A stretch of DNA of 64,000 nucleotides from positions 70,296 through 134,295 of the forward strand of contig CAVZKG010000004.1 of NCBI GenBank assembly GCA_963775805.1, written 5' to 3'. Shown one piece after another: positions 60,732 to 64,000 of the stretch. A program made the translations under genes and the position numbers. Below the pieces are notes generated by a model, which saw nothing but the letters and a program-made list of their open reading frames with translations, was not told where the DNA came from and ran no database searches. Origin of the DNA: an uncultured Verrucomicrobiae bacterium. GTDB taxonomy: Bacteria > Verrucomicrobiota > Verrucomicrobiia > Chthoniobacterales > JAFAMB01. Within the stretch, counting starts at the first letter, position 1, and each line of letters starts with the position of its first letter.

Positions 60732-63700
60732 TTACTGATTTGGGGGCTCGGCCGGAGAAGACAATGGTTGAGTTGAAGTTTTCGCTCCGGGGTTTTGACC
60801 CGCGTCTAGTGGCAAGGAAATGCCTGATCGGCCCGTCGCTGCAGGTTCCTTGTTCTGGGGATCGGCCGTTGTAGTACCGTTCGACGTCGGGTGCACCTGG
60901 GCCGCGACCAGATCCGCGATCTTTTGCGCCAACTCTGCTTTGTTCTCGGCCTCCTTTAGTTTGGCTTCTAACAAATCACGCCCGCTTGTTACTTCATCGG
61001 CCTGTTGTCGGGCTGTTCGCGCGTTTGCTTCTGATTTTGCGAGTTGCGCCTCCAAAGCCGAAGTTCGAGCAATAGCCTGACTCGCGTTCTGTACGGCCGA
61101 TTCCAACTTCTCCTGAACCTGCTTGAGTTGAGCTTCAAAATCAGATCGTTGAGCCGCGGCTGCGGCGGATACCTGCTGACTTTGCTGGAGCTTGCTCCTG
61201 GCATCCTTCAACTGCGCTTCGAGACCCGACCGCTGCGTAGCGGTAGTGTCAACGGTTTGCTGAGCCTGAACGAGTTTGTCCTGCGCTTCTTTTAGTTGAG
61301 CATCAACGGACGCGAGCTTTGATGTGGCCGCATCTGCGGCCTGCTGGTTTTGCGCCATCTTCTCTTGCGCCTGCTTGAGTTGTGACTCCAGGGAGGAACG
61401 TTGTGCAACCGCTGACTCCGCAGCTGCTTGGGCTGATTGGAGATTGTCCTGCGCTTGCTTCAGCTGCACCTGAATGTCGCCGCGCTGATTTGCCATTTGT
61501 TCAGCGGCTTGCTGCGAGACCTGAAGTCTATCCTGGGCCTGCTTGAGCTGAGCCTCCAGCAATGAACGCTGAGCCGAAACTGATTCTGCGGCCTGTTGAC
61601 TCTGTTGGAGCTGCTGTTCTACCTGCTTAAGTTGAGCCTCCAGGTTGGTCTGAAGAGACTTCGATTGATCCGGTGTCCGTTGAGCTTCTTCAAGTTTGTC
61701 CTGAACCTCTTTGAGTTGGGTTTCCAAGGACGAACGTTGAGCAGTGACGGCGTCGGATGCTTGCTGAGATTGCTCAAGCTTGCTCTGGGTCTCCTTTAGC
61801 TGCGCTTCAACTACAGACCTTTGTGTCGTGGCCGCCTCGGCTCTCAGCTGAGACTGTTTGAGTTTCTCCTGAGCATCCTTTAGTTGAGCGTTGACGATCG
61901 TGAGCTGAGAAGCGGCAGTTTCAGCGGTCTGTTGGTTCTGCTGAAATTTGTCCTGCGCTTCTTTTAGCTGCGTCTGCAGAGCAGCGATCTGTGAAGCGGC
62001 AACGCCGGAAGCCGCTTGCGCCTGCTGCAATTTTTCTTGGGAAGTTTTTAGTTCCGCTTCGGACGCCGAACGTTGGGAGGTTGCAAGGTTGGCTCCCCGT
62101 TCAATCTCTTTTAGCTTGTCCTGCAGGGTCTTGATTTGAGCCTCGAGCGCCGAACGTTGAGACGAAACTTTCTCTCCTTCCTTCTGGCTCAGTTGCTCTT
62201 GATCCGAGCCGTGGCCGTTGTGGGCGAGCTCTGCGATTTTTCGCTCGAGATTGCCGTACTCCAGGATGATCGCTCTTTTTCCATCGCTCGTAAGGCGCTG
62301 AACTGCTGCGATTGTAGCGACGCAAGCCAGCGCGACAAGGACCGCGACAAGCACTCCGTAAGTGGTTCGTCGGCTGCGTTTTTGGTCGGTAATGCTCTTC
62401 TCGATATATTCAATCTGTGCCGCGGAGAGCGAGGCGTGAAAATGGTTTAGCAGGGTCTCGCCATCCGCGAGACTCAGGCCAGGAGTCAAAAGATCATGTG
62501 TTCGTTTCCCATTCTTGAGCCAAAGCTTCATGCAACCGTCAACCCGGTCCCGCATCCGAACGAACTCCTGGTCTGCGTTCAGCCATTCCTGTACTCTTGG
62601 CCAATTTCGAAGAAGCGCCGGATGGGCGACCTGAATCATCAAATCCTGTTTGTGATCTGCCTCGGTGCGAAAGAGACCCTCGGAAACCATGGCATCCACG
62701 AAGGCTTGCGCGCCGGTTTGGAGATGGCTATCCAGTTCACGCGATGAAATAAGATCTCGGTATGGCACCAGGCGGCAACCGGCGCGCCCGTCATGATCAA
62801 GAAAAACGAGCCTGCGCATGACGAAGTCGAACGTCTGTTGGGCCTCGATGCTCAGCGAGTTGAAAACTCTTTCGGCGTGATTCGATAATGCACCAGCAAA
62901 CCCGTCCAAATCTTGATAGTCGGCCCATCGCAATAGCCCATCTTTGCGAACGGTCTGTCGGGCGTATAATTGCGAAAGCAAATACTCGAGCAGTGGCAGG
63001 GAATCAGCAGAAGCGAGAGCCGTATCGACAAGTTTGTCGTCGAGGCTTTGACCGGTTTTCGGCTCCGTTTCAAATCTTAATCCAGCGGCCTGCGCTGGAG
63101 ACCGGATCATCCGGCCGTATTCGTCTCGTGTTGGAGCCTGCAGGTCGAAACGTCCGCTTGGGTTCGTTAAGGCGATCAGCTCAGGAAATTGTTGGTATGA
63201 ACTGTAGTATTCACTTCGCAACGCGGCGAGCACATGAACCCTTTGGCTGTGAACCAAAGCCGAGATGGCCGAAATGAAATCCTGTTGCGTCTTTTCCGGG
63301 TAGTTGCCCGAAAAAAGATCCTCGAGTTGGTCAACAAAGATCGCGAGTTGCGCTTTCGGTTTCGCCCTGCGAAGTCTCCGGTGCCGGGCTAGCTCCACGC
63401 TCTCAATCCGACCGGTTGCCGGTGACAGCTCCTTTTCCCGGATAATAAGTGAATTCAGTTCTTCCGTGCTGATCTGATCGAGAATTTCCCCGATCCGGGC
63501 CGCCAATGCACCCGGGTGGTCCTTGAGTTCAGCGGCGAGTGTTTGAAGCGCCTCTTCGGATTTGCCTTGTTGAAGCTCCGGCAACGCCTTGTCAGATAAA
63601 AGCGCGGCGGCCAGCGCAACAAAGGGATCGGTTGCAGAACCGGGTCGTGCGATTGCCCGGCGCCACGGACCTTCTCCCATAACGGTCGCCAACTCCCCCA

Positions 63701-64000
63701 AAAGCGGGAGAACTCCCCCTCGGATCAGTGAAGATTTTCCTGAGCCGCTCGGACCCAGGACAAGAACAAACGGTTTTCTTCCAATTGCCTGTTCGTTGAG
63801 AGCGTCAACAACTGCGCCGATTGCTTTCGTTCGCCCATGGAAAACTGGCGCATGCTCAAAATCGAAAAATTGGAGTCCGCGGAACGGGTCGAAATCCCAC
63901 GACCTTCCGCTCGCCGGAGTCTTGCGAGGAACAATCTCGTTCTCAACCTGTCTCTTAAGGAAAAGGCGGAAGTGCTCTCGAAAAAGAGACTCAAATTCTT
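60732..64000 (-). CDS. STAND-type (nSTAND-like) P-loop NTPase with one TM helix and a long C-terminal coiled-coil repeat array; 5' end lies beyond the right window edge
   Basis: The ORF track starts at TTG 63701, but the frame stays open to 64000. My translation upstream is ...FDPFRGLQFFDFEHAPVFHGRTKAIGAVVDALNEQAIGRKPFVLVLGPSGSGKSSLIRGGVLPLLGELATV... Walker A GPSGSGKSS is at 63729-63755. Walker B LAIFVDQLEDLF is at ~63321-63347. The TM helix YGVLVAVLVALACVATIAAV is at ~62301-62363. Confidence 0.85.
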   Translation of the reverse strand, partial: EFESLFREHFRLFLKRQVENEIVPRKTPASGRSWDFDPFRGLQFFDFEHAPVFHGRTKAIGAVVDALNEQAIGRKPFVLVLGPSGSGKSSLIRGGVLPLLGELATVMGEGPWRRAIARPGSATDPFVALAAALLSDKALPELQQGKSEEALQTLAAELKDHPGALAARIGEILDQISTEELNSLIIREKELSPATGRIESVELARHRRLRRAKPKAQLAIFVDQLEDLFSGNYPEKTQQDFISAISALVHSQRVHVLAALRSEYYSSYQQFPELIALTNPSGRFDLQAPTRDEYGRMIRSPAQAAGLRFETEPKTGQSLDDKLVDTALASADSLPLLEYLLSQLYARQTVRKDGLLRWADYQDLDGFAGALSNHAERVFNSLSIEAQQTFDFVMRRLVFLDHDGRAGCRLVPYRDLISSRELDSHLQTGAQAFVDAMVSEGLFRTEADHKQDLMIQVAHPALLRNWPRVQEWLNADQEFVRMRDRVDGCMKLWLKNGKRTHDLLTPGLSLADGETLLNHFHASLSAAQIEYIEKSITDQKRSRRTTYGVLVAVLVALACVATIAAVQRLTSDGKRAIILEYGNLERKIAELAHNGHGSDQEQLSQKEGEKVSSQRSALEAQIKTLQDKLKEIERGANLATSQRSASEAELKTSQEKLQQAQAASGVAASQIAALQTQLKEAQDKFQQNQQTAETAASQLTIVNAQLKDAQEKLKQSQLRAEAATTQRSVVEAQLKETQSKLEQSQQASDAVTAQRSSLETQLKEVQDKLEEAQRTPDQSKSLQTNLEAQLKQVEQQLQQSQQAAESVSAQRSLLEAQLKQAQDRLQVSQQAAEQMANQRGDIQVQLKQAQDNLQSAQAAAESAVAQRSSLESQLKQAQEKMAQNQQAADAATSKLASVDAQLKEAQDKLVQAQQTVDTTATQRSGLEAQLKDARSKLQQSQQVSAAAAAQRSDFEAQLKQVQEKLESAVQNASQAIARTSALEAQLAKSEANARTARQQADEVTSGRDLLEAKLKEAENKAELAQKIADLVAAQVHPTSNGTTTADPQNKEPAATGRSGISLPLDAGQNPGAKTSTQPLSSPAEPPNQ
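60894..62162 (-). repeat. In-frame tandem repeat: 14 exact-register 84-nt (28-aa) units plus one degenerate unit, consensus about (A/S)QRSxLEAQLKxAQDKLxQSQQAAxxAx
   Basis: I segmented residues 514-936 of the ORF by hand. Every unit is exactly 28 aa (four heptads) with no indels, for example SQRSALEAQIKTLQDKLKEIERGANLAT / AQRSLLEAQLKQAQDRLQVSQQAAEQMA / AQRSSLESQLKQAQEKMAQNQQAADAAT. Confidence 0.9.

Noticed and set aside
60894-62162. A regular 84-nt periodicity that could be mistaken for a CRISPR-like or satellite array
   Set aside because: The units are contiguous with no spacers and are in frame within a long ORF. They are conserved at the protein (heptad) level rather than as identical DNA repeats.
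63725-63994. An 89-aa minus-strand ORF at the right edge, listed as a separate gene upstream of the 989-aa ORF
   Set aside because: It is out of frame. The frame of the 989-aa ORF itself stays open to position 64000 and encodes the Walker A region, so the real gene is simply 5'-truncated by the window.
1-64000. Mobile elements, prophage genes, toxin-antitoxin pairs, CRISPR-Cas and rRNA/tRNA genes
   Set aside because: I scanned the ORF translations for transposase DDE, integrase, recombinase, Cas and phage structural signatures and found none. I also looked in the intergenic regions for direct-repeat arrays and found none.

Overview
64-kb window with no rRNA, tRNA, CRISPR array, transposase or integrase that I can support. 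Everything here is read by eye from the ORF track and the DNA; no database search was possible. Domain coordinates are residue index x3 and are good to about +/-30 nt. LEFT HALF (1-32300, all minus strand): one tightly start/stop-coupled operon for a hybrid cis-AT type I PKS / NRPS assembly line, truncated at the left edge. In gene order it reads: PKS KS-AT*-DH-KR-ACP (the AT has GHGVG, so no catalytic Ser); NRPS with a TubC-type dock, then C-A(Gly code)-T-TE (the TE nucleophile is Cys); ABC ATPase plus ABC-2 permease; PKS ACP-KS-AT-AT-DH-MT-KR-ACP (split loader); PKS KS-AT-DH-ER-KR-ACP; PKS KS-AT-MT-ACP; PKS KS... (continues off-window). An Sfp-type PPTase and a tandem-DUF5069 protein are transcribed divergently at 32.6-34.3 kb. 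Gene order appears non-colinear, because the terminating modules come first and the loader comes fifth. I consider this gene cluster the main candidate for a previously undescribed system. RIGHT HALF: LLM flavin oxidoreductase, secreted alkaline-phosphatase/NPP-family enzyme, galT-galE, an ABC importer (ATPase, long SBP, duplicated permease), a second ABC-2 exporter pair, an HExxH hypothetical, and a MEKHLA-domain protein. It also holds a 1182-aa autotransporter-like protein, a LacI regulator next to a GH116 glycosidase, and an unusual 1079-aa four-domain secreted fusion (jelly-roll + PstS-like + sugar SBP + OmpA-like). At the right edge is a 5'-truncated STAND-type P-loop NTPase. Its usual repeat sensor is replaced by one TM helix plus 14-15 exact 28-residue coiled-coil repeats. 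Likely source is a soil Verrucomicrobiota or Acidobacteriota-like genome, but this is only a guess from gene content.
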